Below, piece by piece: positions 24,481 through 63,040 of a DNA stretch of 64,000 bases. Position 1 is the stretch's first letter; each line of letters starts with the position of its first letter. The stretch is taken from NCBI RefSeq assembly GCF_009914755.1, contig NC_060925.1, one strand, 5' to 3'. The notes beneath the pieces were generated by a model. The model did no database searches. It saw only the letters and a program-made list of their open reading frames with translations, and was not told where the DNA came from. Position numbers and translations under genes: made by a program. The DNA is from the human T2T-CHM13v2.0 reference genome, Homo sapiens.

Positions 24481-26017
24481 TTTCCTCCTTTTCTTTTTGA
24501 AATCTTTCAGAGAGGGCATTTTAGAAGAAAATGAGTCTCCGGTCTCAGGTTTCCTGTGATTTCTCATTGTTAGGATGGTTTATTCCTAGACAGGTAGGTC
24601 TCATGTTATTAGGAAAACTCATTTTTAGCAGGAGTTTCATATCCCAGAAAGAGAAAATAGAGGGAGGAAGGGAGAAAACAACAAACAAAAAAGAACAATC
24701 CTGGAAAACTGATAAAGGCCATATTACTCTGAAGTCCGTACATCAGTAGGCAGGTATGAAAGTGGCTTATGTATGTAAATATGTTGCTGTTATTTGCTTT
24801 GGAAATTTGTTGTCTAGCTTCAGTTTGCAGGTCTTTAAGAAAGCACAGCTTAGTTTTCAGTGATTTCAAATTAGGAAAAGTGGGGCAGGGGAGGAGAAAA
24901 GAGAGAAGGCAAACAATTGAAAATGTTGTTTTGGAGACTGGTAGCCGGGAAAAAATAGAATTCAGTTCAAACTGTGGAAAATAATAAAAACGGAAAAACA
25001 TTAGGCAAGATTAGAATCTAACAACAGGTGTACTATAGTTTTTGAAACATTTTTCTCTCTCCAGTTTTCAATTTTTACTAAAGACCAATCATGGTAGGAC
25101 CCATTTGCTTGACTATTCTTGGCCTGATTATAAAACAGTGCAGCAAGAATGATTATTTTTCACACAGGCTTTTAAAATCAGCTTTGATGGAACTTTGTTC
25201 CATAGAAGGAATCTCAGATAAGACTTTTTTAAAGCTGAGCCCAGCCACGGCTTTATACCATCAAATATCTATGAGTTGGGTAACTTCCTCGCCTCCTGAG
25301 GTCTCAGAATAACTTGGGGCTTCTGGGCCTGTCAGAAAGTGACATTCTTTACTCACCACAGGTCAGGAATGCTGTACAGGGGCTGTGTAGACAAGGTATG
25401 AGGCCAGTTTTCTCAAGGTGCTTTTATTGGCTCTATAAGTCAAGTTTAATTCTTTAAAGGAAAGCATATCATTCCAGTCAAAGCCTTGATAAAATAAACA
25501 GTTCCTCCAATTATGTCCTGTTACAAAACAAAACAAAACAAAACAGATTCTTATTGCACTTATGCAAATAACTATATTGTCATAAGTTAAGAATACTCAC
25601 AGTTTCCAAATTCTGAAGAAATCAGATAGAGATAAACAAATATGTTCCAAATTTTGTTTACAGGAGTGTGTTTAAGAAAATTTTTCTTGACTCTGAAAAA
25701 CAAAACGAAGGATCAGCAACATTTTAAGCAAAAAGTCAAAAAGGATTACTTCAGTCTTCTGCTAGCTCAGTCCATGCAGTTAACTCCTGTTCTGTTTGAT
25801 GTTCATGAATATTTCAGCTCTCCATGAGAGTCCTGAAAGTTTTTTTCCTTTGTTCTAATGTCACAATTTCCAAAGTTATTAGAAACCTGCATTCAAGAGC
25901 ACCTATCAAAGTCCTATTGCTAATTACAAACCACCTTTTGAAGAGGATCAAAACAAGACAACAATTGTCTGTGGATGACAAAAAGTCATAAGACAGCCAT
26001 TATTAAAACCACAATTG

Positions 26018-31543
<5,526 letters not shown>

Positions 31544-31564
31544 TCAGGGCCACCTCCACTCAGG

Positions 31565-31582
31565 GTCCCTTCGTGGTTGCCA
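31565..31582 (-). promoter_or_regulatory. Primer binding site, tRNA-Arg(UCG) type
   Basis: tggcaaccacgaagggac, 2 nt after the 5' LTR; complementary to the Arg-TCG tRNA 3' end (..TCCCTTCGTGGTYGCCA). Confidence 0.8.
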
Positions 31583-31584
31583 AA

Positions 31585-32022
31585 TGTGAACACACAATAT
31601 CTGAAACAGGTCTTAGTCAATTTAAGAAGGTTATTTTGCCAAAGTTAAGAATGCACACCCATGACACAGTCTCAGGAGGTCCTGATGACATGTGCCCAAG
31701 GTGGTCAGGACGCAGCTTGGTTTTATACATTTTAGGGAGACATGAGACATCAATAAATAGACGTAAGTTGCATATTGGTTCAGTCTGGAAAGGTGGGACA
31801 ACTCGAAGCGGGGAGGAGGGGAGGGGGTTCCAGGCCGTAAGTAGGTGAGAGACACAGTTACATTCTTTTGAGTTTCTGATTAGCCTTTCCAAAGTAGGCA
31901 ATCAGATATGCATTTATCTCAGTGAGCAGAGGGATGACTGAATGGAATGGGAGGCAGGTTTGTCCTAAGCAGTCCGCAGTATGACAGTGATTTTGGGATC
32001 CAAGGTTTATTTTCCTTTCACA
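31585..32022 (-). mobile_element. MER4A 5' LTR
   Basis: Minus strand starts tgtgaaaggaaaataaa; followed by the PBS. Confidence 0.9.
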
Positions 32023-32140
32023 TCCCTGGTATAACGACCAGTCTGTGTTCAATTTTCCTAATTGTCCCTAAATGTCTTTTAAAGGTGGTTTATAAAAATC
32101 AGGACTGAAACAAGACTACATATTTCATTTGGTTGATAAG
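32023..32140 (-). mobile_element. L1MC4-like, part 2
   Basis: gtgttcaattttcctaattgtcc..catttggttgataagtctc. Confidence 0.65.
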
Positions 32141-32184
32141 TCTCTCTCTCTCTCTCTCTTTCTCTTTCTCTGTCTCTCTCTCTC
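32141..32184. repeat. (TC)n microsatellite
   Basis: Interrupted TC run. Confidence 0.9.
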
Positions 32185-32188
32185 AAGT

Positions 32189-33678
<1,490 letters not shown>

Positions 33679-34060
33679 CAGAGAGGCTTTTTAAAAGAAA
33701 AAGATATTTACATGGGACTAGAGTATTGTAATAGTAATATGTTATAGTATAACTATAAGACACTGTATTGTGTGAAACCATGTGTATATTTATGGAGGTA
33801 AAGGAAGACAAATTTTTAAAGAAAAAAATGAGGATTTATACAATTGTTTTGAAATAATTATCTTTGGCTATAAAGATCAATAACAAGAGTGACACCATTT
33901 GTAGTTGTTGGGCAAGTGTCCATGTAGAAGTATTTTTTTTTTTTGTACAAAATTGTGATAGTCTTTGTGTAAGGTTGTAGTTTTTGTAGTGTTTTGTGAT
34001 AGTTTTTGTTATTAGGCATGCAAGAATGAGAACTCTCACTTTATCGCTTAAGTCTTATGA

Positions 34061-38557
<4,497 letters not shown>

Positions 38558-38835
38558 GAGTTTTTTTAATATAAAATATTTTTAACCTTTTTAAATTAAA
38601 AATATATTTTCAAAAATATGTATTTTTTCATATTTATAACTTTTAATATATATTTTCCATTTATTGTTTTTTTAATTTTGTTTCCTGTTTTGAAATAACC
38701 ATTAAGTTAGATTAAAAACATTTTTTAAAATAAAGAGCATATTTTAAAAGTCTTTATAATTTTTAAATTAAAAACATATTTTATTTGGAAATAAGCTATA
38801 TATTTAATGAGTACTTATTATTTAATTTAACATAA

Positions 38836-39996
38836 GGAATTACTTTCTTGCTCCACTGATGTCAATTTGAATGTTGGCAGTTTCCAAGGAGGAAGTTGAG
38901 GGTTTTGGTGAAGATTGTCATCCATCTCCAACGCTAAGCCTAAAATAACTATTTAGGAGAGCATCACAAAAGGAACGCAGGTTGGAGAGATGTTCCAAAT
39001 GTTCTTGTAACTGAACTTTAGGAAAGTGCACTTCACGCAGAGGTGCAAGGAAACCAAACACATAGGTAACCAAAGTAGAACGCATATCTCCAAGGAAAAG
39101 CTGAGATGTTCACAATCTATCTGCCAGAAGATTTAGGCACTTCTTAGCATCTCTATATCCATGATTCCACTTCTCACAGGCGGTAAAGGAGAGGCTCTCC
39201 TCTGGTCAGGATAATCCGATCAGTGCTGTTGCAGACATTTTTCCAGGCAGGATCAAACCCAAGGGAAAAGGAATCTATGAAGCAAACCAACACCAAGGCT
39301 TTGTTACAGTAGAGTAATTGTGGCTTTCAACCCAGAACGTGTGAAGCGCTAGAGGAGGCAGCTTCTATTCAAGGAGAGCATTGAAAGCCAGTGTGTCTGC
39401 CCTTTGGCTGGAAATTCATAATAAACATTATATTTCTGTTTTCCTTAAAAGTTTAATATTTTTACCAGCTAAGAAACAATGTTGTCTTCAGTTGTCAAAA
39501 TTGATATATCTTCCCTTGAACCTCTCCAGTGGCTATCTATGACATTAACTTTCTTTTCTTTTCTTCTCTTTTTTTTTTTTGAGGCAGGGTCTCTCTGTGT
39601 CACACTGGCTGAAGTGCAGTGTCACAATCTCTGCTCACTGCAACCTCTGCCTCCTGGGCTGAAAGGTTCCTCCCACTTCAGCCTCCAGAATAGCTGGGAC
39701 CACCGGCACGCACCACCACACCTGGCAATTTTTTTGTATTTTTAGTAGAGATGGGGTTTTGCCATGTTGCCCAAGCTAGTTTCAAACTCTTGAGCTCAAG
39801 CGATCGGCCGTCTGGGCTTCCCAAAGTGCTGGGAGCCACAATGCCTGGCCCAACATTAACTTTCAAACATGCAACAGATAATTTGGCATAAGCCATCACC
39901 ACCACATACTCACTGTGTACCAATAGGAGCCCCTAGCCACCTCCCAGCCACTGAGCTCCAAGGAGCCACCATCTTGACAGGGCTGATGGTTACTGC
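38836..39996 (-). pseudogene. MTX3: Processed pseudogene of MTX3 (metaxin-3); ATG at 39972, interrupted by an Alu at 39554-39851
   Basis: Minus strand gives [112 protein letters not shown]. Intronless, with frameshifts. Confidence 0.92.
39554..39851 (-). mobile_element. AluJ in the MTX3 retrocopy CDS
   Basis: TSD acattaactttc at 39542-39553 and 39853-39864. Confidence 0.93.
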
Positions 39997-40194
39997 TCTT
40001 AAGTCTCTTTTAATCAATAGAATGGCTTGTTGTTGTTGTTGTTCATTGTGTCATTTAGTTTTAGTTTTATGCCATTTATTTATTGAAGAAACTGGGTGAT
40101 TTGTCATGTGTGATTTCCCACATCCTGGATTTGAATTTGTAACCTTGGAATGTCATTTAATATATTTCTCTATCCTCCATGTAAACTGATACTA

Positions 40195-40390
40195 TATTTC
40201 TCAGAGTTCTCCAAAGAAACAGAACCAATAGAATATATAGAAATATAAGAGGGAATTTATTATGGGAATTGGCTCATGTGATTATGGAGGACAAAAAGTC
40301 CCACAATATGTCATCTGCAAGCTGGAGAACCAGGAACGCTGGTGGGTGGTAATTCAGTCTCAGTGTAAATGTCAGAGAACCGGGAGTGGG
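40195..40390 (-). mobile_element. MLT2B-like LTR fragment
   Basis: ttctccaaagaaacagaaccaatag..ggaattggctcatgtgattatggagg..ctgcaagctggagaaccagg. Confidence 0.8.
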
Positions 40391-40500
40391 GAGGAAGGGG
40401 GAATGGGAGAGGATGAGTGTCACAGATCACACACATTTCTTTTTCTTATAAATTATAGCAACACAAATGGACTAAAACACACCGAAGATCTTGGTTCCTA

Positions 40501-40556
40501 TTTTATCCCATTACATAAATATAATAGTTTTTATCCCATTACATAAATATAATAGT
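40501..40556. repeat. Perfect 28-bp tandem duplication
   Basis: ttttatcccattacataaatataatagt x2. Confidence 0.9.
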
Positions 40557-40933
40557 TTTGAAATACCAATACCAGTATTATTACCAGCAATAAGTCTACT
40601 GAATACTGCCTAAGATTTCTTTATATTTGTTTTCTTCAGATATATCTCACTATATATTGTACAGCCTGTATACACTGTCCCACTATACACTGTACACAAT
40701 TATACTGTTGCAAAATTATGTGAAAGAATTCTCTGTGTGGTTATGACACAGCTTGATAGACCAATGGGTTTTTATTCAGTTTTTTATAGTGATTACTTTT
40801 TTGTAAAATTTATTTTTAATTTTGTATATATTTTTATCAAAACTATAAAACAAGGCACATCAGAAAGTTATAGCTTCCATCCTTATCCTTTTTCCAATAG
40901 GTGATTATTTCTATTAGTTTTTAACACCTTTAA

Positions 40934-51760
<10,827 letters not shown>

Positions 51761-51849
51761 GTCTCCCCAGCAGCTGAAAGCTAAAATTGTTTCACTGACT
51801 AGAGTTACCTTACTTAAGAATAGCCTCCTTCTCAGGATTGCTCACATCT

Positions 51850-52095
51850 GATGACTGGTTGACATGGGAAGATAAGGGCCTGGGCTCCTCATCACATCTG
51901 GGGACAATTGTGAAGGGTCAGTCTACCCATGGGATCAAGTAAGGCCTTATTGGGACTTCAGTCACTGTCACACTTCCCCCTTTGCCCAGTCATGCTTTTC
52001 TCTTTCCCTCCACAGGTGTTGATACTGAGAGTACGCCCTAATAAACTTTCACCACGCTGATCTGTTTCAGAGTCTGCTTCCAAGGAACTCAACTG
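51850..52095 (+). mobile_element. LTR16-like (ERVL) LTR fragment
   Basis: cacaggtgttgatactgagag..ctaataaac..cagagtctgcttcca.ggaac. Confidence 0.7.
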
Positions 52096-52462
52096 GTGGC
52101 ACTCTTCTTTTTTCCTTTTTTTATTTAGAATCTCATCCCCACAACAATTTTCTTTAAAGATCTCAGTTGGCTTTATTTGTCATTCTAGAATCAGGTAACA
52201 CTTCATTTTATAAAATAGAAAAAGTCTCTCCGGTACTCAGTTTCCATGAGGGGACATGGAGGGATATAAGCAACTCCCCTATTCTCTCCAGCGTACTCTG
52301 GCCTTTCGCTCTAGAATAAGGTGTGTGTGCTCTTGCCTAGAGACGGGAGGAAAACATGTAACTTCAGGTCACCCCCTGCTAGAAAGACCCCCAGACAACT
52401 TTGTTTAGAACCCATCTCAGTGCTTTTGTTTGTTTGTTTGTTTTTAAAGAATAAGCTGGTCA

Positions 52463-52675
<213 letters not shown>

Positions 52676-52690
52676 TCAAAATTGCAATGA

Positions 52691-53212
<522 letters not shown>

Positions 53213-53579
53213 TAGCTGCATTTCAGGCACCCATCTCGCGTCAGACCCCACTGCCACAGAAGCAAAAGCAGCTCTGGGTCTTAGGACTTCTTGGACAATT
53301 AAACATTCTTTCCTTCAATCAGAGGACAAGAGCAGTGTGAGTGCTTGGCAATGGCTTTGATAGGGAAAAGGAGGAAACACCCTTTTGATCAGCCTCAGTC
53401 TCTGGGTGAAAGGTGAAATTTCAATTTCCATCCTATGTGGAATATAAAATCAAAGTAGTCTTGTTTATAGAGAGGACACGTGGCAAACCCTGGAAAAGTT
53501 TCTATTATATGAAGCTTTTATTCCCCTTGTCAAATCCTCTGTTCCATTTTTACACAAAACAGTTTTGAGGGATGGTGAT

Positions 53580-55570
<1,991 letters not shown>

Positions 55571-55998
55571 ATTCCATCTTTTCTTACATTCTTTTCTTCT
55601 TTTTTTTTTTTCGACAGGGTCTTACTTTGTTGCCCTTGAGTGCAGTGTCCATGTCCTGGGCTCAGGCAATCCTCCTGCCTCAGGCTTCTGAGTAGCTAGG
55701 ACTACAGGTGCATATCACCATGCCTGGCTAATTTTTACTTTTTTTTTTTTTGTAGAGACAGGGTCTTGCCTTGTTGCCCAGGTTGGTCTTGAACCCCTGG
55801 CCTCAAGTGATTCTCCTGCCTCGGCCTCCCAAAGTGCTGGCAATCCATGTGTGAGCCACTGTGCCCAGCCCTTACTTTCTTAAATAATTTACATAAGATG
55901 AGAATTACATATTCTTCAAAGGCTCTCTTGATAGGCTCTGGTATTTATATTACGCTATTTTCATAAGTTGAGAACAATTTTAACTAATATGCTCTAGA

Positions 55999-56034
55999 GC
56001 TGGGGTCCCCAACCCTCAGGCCATGGACTGGTAC
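55999..56034 (+). mobile_element. MER1-like (hAT-Charlie) terminal fragment fused to an Alu
   Basis: ggggtccccaaccctcaggccatggactggtacc. Confidence 0.6.
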
Positions 56035-56869
56035 CAGCACTTTGGTAGGCCGAGGCGGGCAGATCACTTGAGGTCAGGAGTTCGAGACCAGCCTGGCCAA
56101 CACGGTGAAACTCCGTCTCTACTAAAAATACAAAAATTAGCTGGGTGTGGTGGCAGGTGTCTATAATCCCAGCTACTCGGGAGGCTGAGGCAGGAGAATT
56201 TCTTGAACCTGAGGTTGCAGTGAACCGAGATCGCGCCACTGGTCTCCAGCCTGGGCAATGAGCGAGACTCCATCTCAAATAAAATAAAATAAATAAATAA
56301 AATAAAGTTGACGTGAATTAACAATAATCTGTTACTTGAAGGTCAAATAGAACTCACCTACTTATAATTTTCAGCCTGTTACCTTTCAAAATTGTAGCTC
56401 ATTCTTGTTTTTCTATGGGTATTGCTCTATCTGGTTCTCCAACTCTTTTTGGAACAATTTTGGCTACTTGTACTTCCTAGAAAATATAACTAAGAACTAT
56501 GACTTGTAGCTGACACAGGAATTGGTATCAGAAAGGCATGGATTTGGTATTTAGGTTTGGGCAGTAAAAATCTAGCTGAACTTAAAGATAGCCCTTGGCT
56601 TGCAGAGAATAGATTATCACCTGCAATTGATTATTAACTGAATGACAGATTCCTTGAAGGCAAAACTTTGGGGGAACCAAGCAATTTTTCTCAGAATTTG
56701 ATGGGGGGTGGGGGCAGAGGGAATTTGTGAACTGTGCAGTGAAGAGAGGTTTCTTTTAACTATTCTGGTCAGACTGAAAAAAAAAAAAAAGAGCTCAATA
56801 CCCTAAAATTTGGCTCAAGATAAGTCTCAGATCATTGACTTTCTATGTGTATGATAAAAATAATTTATC

Positions 56870-57200
56870 TCTTGCAGTCATGGAGCTGATTATAGCTGGA
56901 ATTGAAATTCAAAATGTGATACCAATAATTGCTGTAGCACAATATGAGTGAAATTCACACACTTCCAGGTCTCTCATGTGAATGCTGGGGGCACTGATCA
57001 GAAAAGAAGGCATTTAGATAACTCAGGCCATCCCAGATTCTACCCTCTTGAGCCTCTCTCTTGCCAGCAGAAATGGCTCCTCTTCCCCTGATGTGGCTAA
57101 TGGATGACTTCTTAAAATCACTGTCAGCAGGAGGAAATAGAGGTGATAGTTCTGACACCTTCCGGTAAATCAAGAACGCACTAGGGTCAAAGCAACTTAG
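56870..57200 (+). mobile_element. MaLR/ERVL internal remnant
   Basis: caggtctctcatgtgaatgctgggggcactgatcagaaaaga resembles ERVL/MaLR gag region. Confidence 0.4.
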
Positions 57201-57218
57201 ATTCACTGAGATAAAGTA

Positions 57219-57368
57219 CAGTGGACCCTTGAACACACGGGTTTGAACTGTGCGTGTCCACTTATGCACGGGTTCTGCAGGGCCAACTGCAGGACTTGAG
57301 TATGCATGGATTTGGGTATACATGGGGGTCCTGGAGACAATCCCCCAGGTACACTGAAGAACAAACTG
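57219..57368 (-). mobile_element. MER8-like Tigger MITE, internally deleted
   Basis: ta+cagtggacccttgaacacacgggtttgaactg..ggtcctggagacaatcccc..aactg. Confidence 0.75.
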
Positions 57369-57529
57369 CAAATCCCATGAAAACACATCTCAGTGATGTT
57401 TCTGGAGGTCTAGTGTTATAGGATATGTCACAATGTTCCCCCATGAGAACAAGTTGCTTCACCTTACAAAACCCAAACATAAAAAGAGAAATACTACTAT
57501 ATACATAGTATTATGTAATACTAACACTA

Positions 57530-57860
57530 TGAACCTGAGGTTGAAGTGAACCGAGATCGCGCCACTGGTCTCCAGCCTGGGCAATGAGCGAGACTCCATC
57601 TAAAATAAAATAAAATAAAATAAAATAAAATAAAATAAAATAAAATAAAATAAATAAATAAAATAAAGTTGACTCGAATTAACAATAATCTGTTACTTGA
57701 AGGTCAAATAGAACTCACCTATTTATAATTTTCAGCCTGTTACCTTTCAAAATTGTAGCTCATTCTTGTTTTTCTATGGTTATTGCTCTATCTGGTTCTC
57801 CAACTCTTTTTGGAACAATTTTGGCTACTTGTACTTCCTAGAAAATATAACTAAGAACTA
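57530..57860 (+). repeat. Dispersed copy of 56204-56499 (Alu 3' end plus unique flank)
   Basis: Near-identical ~300 bp, about 6 substitutions and a longer (TAAAA)n. Confidence 0.95.
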
Positions 57861-58159
57861 AATACTAAAGCAGGCGGATCGCTTGAGCCCAGGAGTTCGA
57901 GACCAGCCTGGGCAACATGGTGAATCCAATATCTAAAAAAAGTTAGCCATGGGTGGTGGTGCGTGCCTGTAGTCCCAGCTACTCAAGAGGCTGAGGTGGG
58001 AGGATCACCTGAGCCCAGGGAGTTGGAGGATGCAATGAGCCAAGATCATGCCACTGCACTCCAGCCTGGGCAACAGATACCCTGTCTCAGAAAAAAAAAA
58101 AAAGAAAGAAGGAAGGAAGGAAGAAAGGGAGGGAGGGAGGGAAGGAAGGGAGGAAAGGA

Positions 58160-59170
<1,011 letters not shown>

Positions 59171-59189
59171 TCTCTTACATTTAATAATG

Positions 59190-60000
<811 letters not shown>

Positions 60001-61029
60001 TTTAATTTTTATTTACTTAGTTTAGTTTGGAAAGCAAAATAATTGACTTGCAAAAAAAAGTCTGTAAGAAAGTCCAGACTTTAGAAGGACTGGTTAACCA
60101 AATAATAAATACAACATAAAAAAGATAAGCAAACTTACCAATTTGTTCATGGCGGAAAAACAGCAATTCTCTCTCAAAATTATGAGAGTTCTGTTGGAGA
60201 TCAGCATTGCAAAAATCGGGAATAAAGTTGTCTTTGCTACAGCATCAGTAGTAAGGTACTGGAAAGAATTAAGCTTTCATTTATTTTGGGTTTAGAACTA
60301 TTCAGTGTGGCCCTGTTTTTGTATTGTTTTGTTTATCTCCAGGAACAAAGTGCTTGTTTTTTTTTTTTTCACTTCTTCCCTGATTGAGGGATGTGATTTG
60401 CAAGTCTACTCAAAATACAGGCAGAGAAAGATGTCAGTCTTGCTCCAGTCCCTCTTTGGGGTCTATTACCATTCATAAGCACAGATTTGCCCATCTAAGT
60501 TTGTTTAGTGATTTCTGATTTGATCAGATGTTTTGTTGCTGTCATTGTTTTGAGACGGTGTCTTGCTCTGTCACCCAGGCTGGAGTTCAATGGCACCATA
60601 ACGGCTCACTGCAGCCTCAACCTTCTGGGCTGAGGTGATCCTCCCACCTCAGCATCCCAGGTAGCTGGGACAACAGGTGTGCGCCACCACACTCAGCTAA
60701 TTTTTGTATTTTTTGTAGAAATGAGATTTCGCCATGTTGCCTAGACTGGTCTTGAACTCCTGGGCTCAAGCGATTCACCCACCTTGGCCTCCCAAAGTAT
60801 TGGGATTACAGGCATGAGCCACCACACCTAGCCTGATTTTTGTTTTATTTGTCAAGTTTTATTCACATAGGTGTAATGGAAGGTATTAATTTATTCACAG
60901 AGACCTCCTTGTTGTTTGGTCAACAAAACACTAAATTTTAAGATTTAACTTCTGTTAACCCTAGGGTTGTAACTTACCTTTATATAGTCAAATTTATCAA
61001 TTATTTCCTATATGCTTAATACTTGCTTC

Positions 61030-61708
61030 CTTTTTATTGAGGTATAACTTTCATACAATAAAAGGCACATTCTTAAAGGTGCCAGCTCAATGATGTTTAC
61101 ATAGGAATGTATGTAACCATATACCATCACCCAGATCAAGATGTAGAACATTCCCAACACTCCAAGAGGCTCATGCCTTCTCCCCCTTGGTGCCCCTCCC
61201 ACTGTTTTGATCTCTATCATGATAGATCAGTTTTGTCTAGTTTTGAACTTCATATGAATGGAATTATACATTATGTATTCATTTGTGCCTTTCTTCTTTC
61301 ATACAACATTTTGTCAGTGAGATGCATTCATATCCTTGCATGTAGCAGTATTTTTTTCTTTCTCATTGCTTGTGGTATTCCATTGTATGACTATACTATA
61401 ATTTATTTGTACTTTTGAGAGACTTTTGAATTGTTTCCAGTTTGGGACTATGATGAATAACAGTGTTATGATCATTTCTGTATATGTCTTTCTGTGAACA
61501 TAAGCACTTATTTCTCTTAGGAATATACCTAGGAGTAGAACTGCTGTGACATCAGGGATATGGATGTTTGACTTTAGTAGATAGTGTCAATGTTTCTATG
61601 TGGTTGTAATAATTTTATTTCCACCAGTAATGTATGAGAGTTCTGTTGCTTCACATCCTCACCAACACTTGGTATTGTCAGTCTTTTCACTTTTAGCTAT
61701 TCTTGTGA
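61030..61708 (-). mobile_element. L1MB/ME 3' end
   Basis: ttattgaggtataactttcatacaataaa..cacatcctcaccaacacttggtattgtc. Confidence 0.8.
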
Positions 61709-61709
61709 G

Positions 61710-62500
61710 GAAAATATAAACTACTAATATTGAAATCAAGAAGAGATAGACTAATAAGTGTTTAAAATAATCCTTAAAGACTCCCTTTGCCCCCAAACAA
61801 AAAAAGGCCTGAGGGTTTTTAGGTCATTTCTACTAAACTAAAATGTATGTGTGTGTGTGTTGCGCATTGTTCAAAGGGTAGAAAAAGAATGAAGGTTCCT
61901 GACTCATTTTAGAAGACAAGCATAATTCTGATTCCAAAATCACATCAGGATAGTTAAAAGAAAAGAAAATTATAGGCCCATTTCAGTTATAAATTGATTT
62001 TTTAAAAATCCTAAATAAACTATTAGCTAGCTAAGCCCAAAAGTATACCTTCTTTACATATGTATTATGATCAGATGGATTTCATTCCATAAATGTAACA
62101 TCACAAAATCTGTTAATACACTTCAGTAGTAGACTAAAGGAGATAATTCTTATAAATATATCAATTGATATCAATTGATGAAAAGCATTTTTTTTTTTTT
62201 GCTAAAGATGATCACCTTAAGGAATAAATAACTCTTAGAAAACTAAGAAGAATGTTCCTTAATTTGGGAAAGAGTATATACAAACAACCTGGAGCAAATG
62301 TTATGTTTAATAGAAAAAATTTAAATGCGCCCCCCTTAAGATCTGGAAAAAGACAAGGATGCCCACGACCACACCTGCTGTTTAAACCAATTACTGGAGG
62401 TACTGGAAAATGCTAAAAGAAAAAGAAATAAGGGGTATAAATTGAAAGGAGGGGATAAACTTGTCATTATTTGCAGATAACATGGTCATCTTTCTCTAAA
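61710..62500 (+). mobile_element. Old L1M ORF2 (RT region) fragment
   Basis: ttaagatctggaaaaagacaaggatgccca..ttatttgcagataacatg. Confidence 0.75.
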
Positions 62501-62819
62501 TATCTGGAATCCATTGCCACTGCTACAACCTTAGTTCAGTTTCCCAACACCTCTAACCTAGATAGTCACAACTGCCCTCTAGTCTCCTAAACTCTGGCCT
62601 GGTCCACCTTCCACAGCGCACAGTCTGCCTGTCTTTCCTTCTTCCTTTCCTTCTTCCCTTCATTCCTTCCTTTTATTATAGAAGAGGTACACATTCATTA
62701 TAGAAAGTATAGAAAATATAAATTGCCAGATAAAAACAAGTGATGGAATCATTTCAGTTTAGTCCTTTCCAGAATTTTTTCTATGTATATACACATTTAT
62801 AAAAAAAAGAGAGACCACT

Positions 62820-63040
62820 AACTTTCCCTGACCAGATTATGGAAAGCAGTTCTCCATCCCATCGCTCTATTTCATTTCCTTCCTAGCTCTTGTTACCATC
62901 AAAACTTACATTATCAATTTTATTGTCTATTTCCTTAGTGTTTCTCCTTCTCCACTAAATATAAGCTCCACCAGTAGCTATTTGTATCTCGTTCACCCAC
63001 TGCATGCCCAGAGTCTAGAACAGTGCCTGGCACATACATT
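62820..63040 (+). mobile_element. L2 3' end
   Basis: ataagctcca..gagtctagaacagtgcctggcacata. Confidence 0.7.

Noticed and set aside
31565-31582. tRNA gene
   Set aside because: Only the 18-nt tRNA 3' end is present, next to an LTR; it is a PBS.
62160-62179. Perfect 20-bp palindrome atcaattgatatcaattgat
   Set aside because: A 10-bp tandem duplication of a palindromic unit within old L1; no evidence of function.
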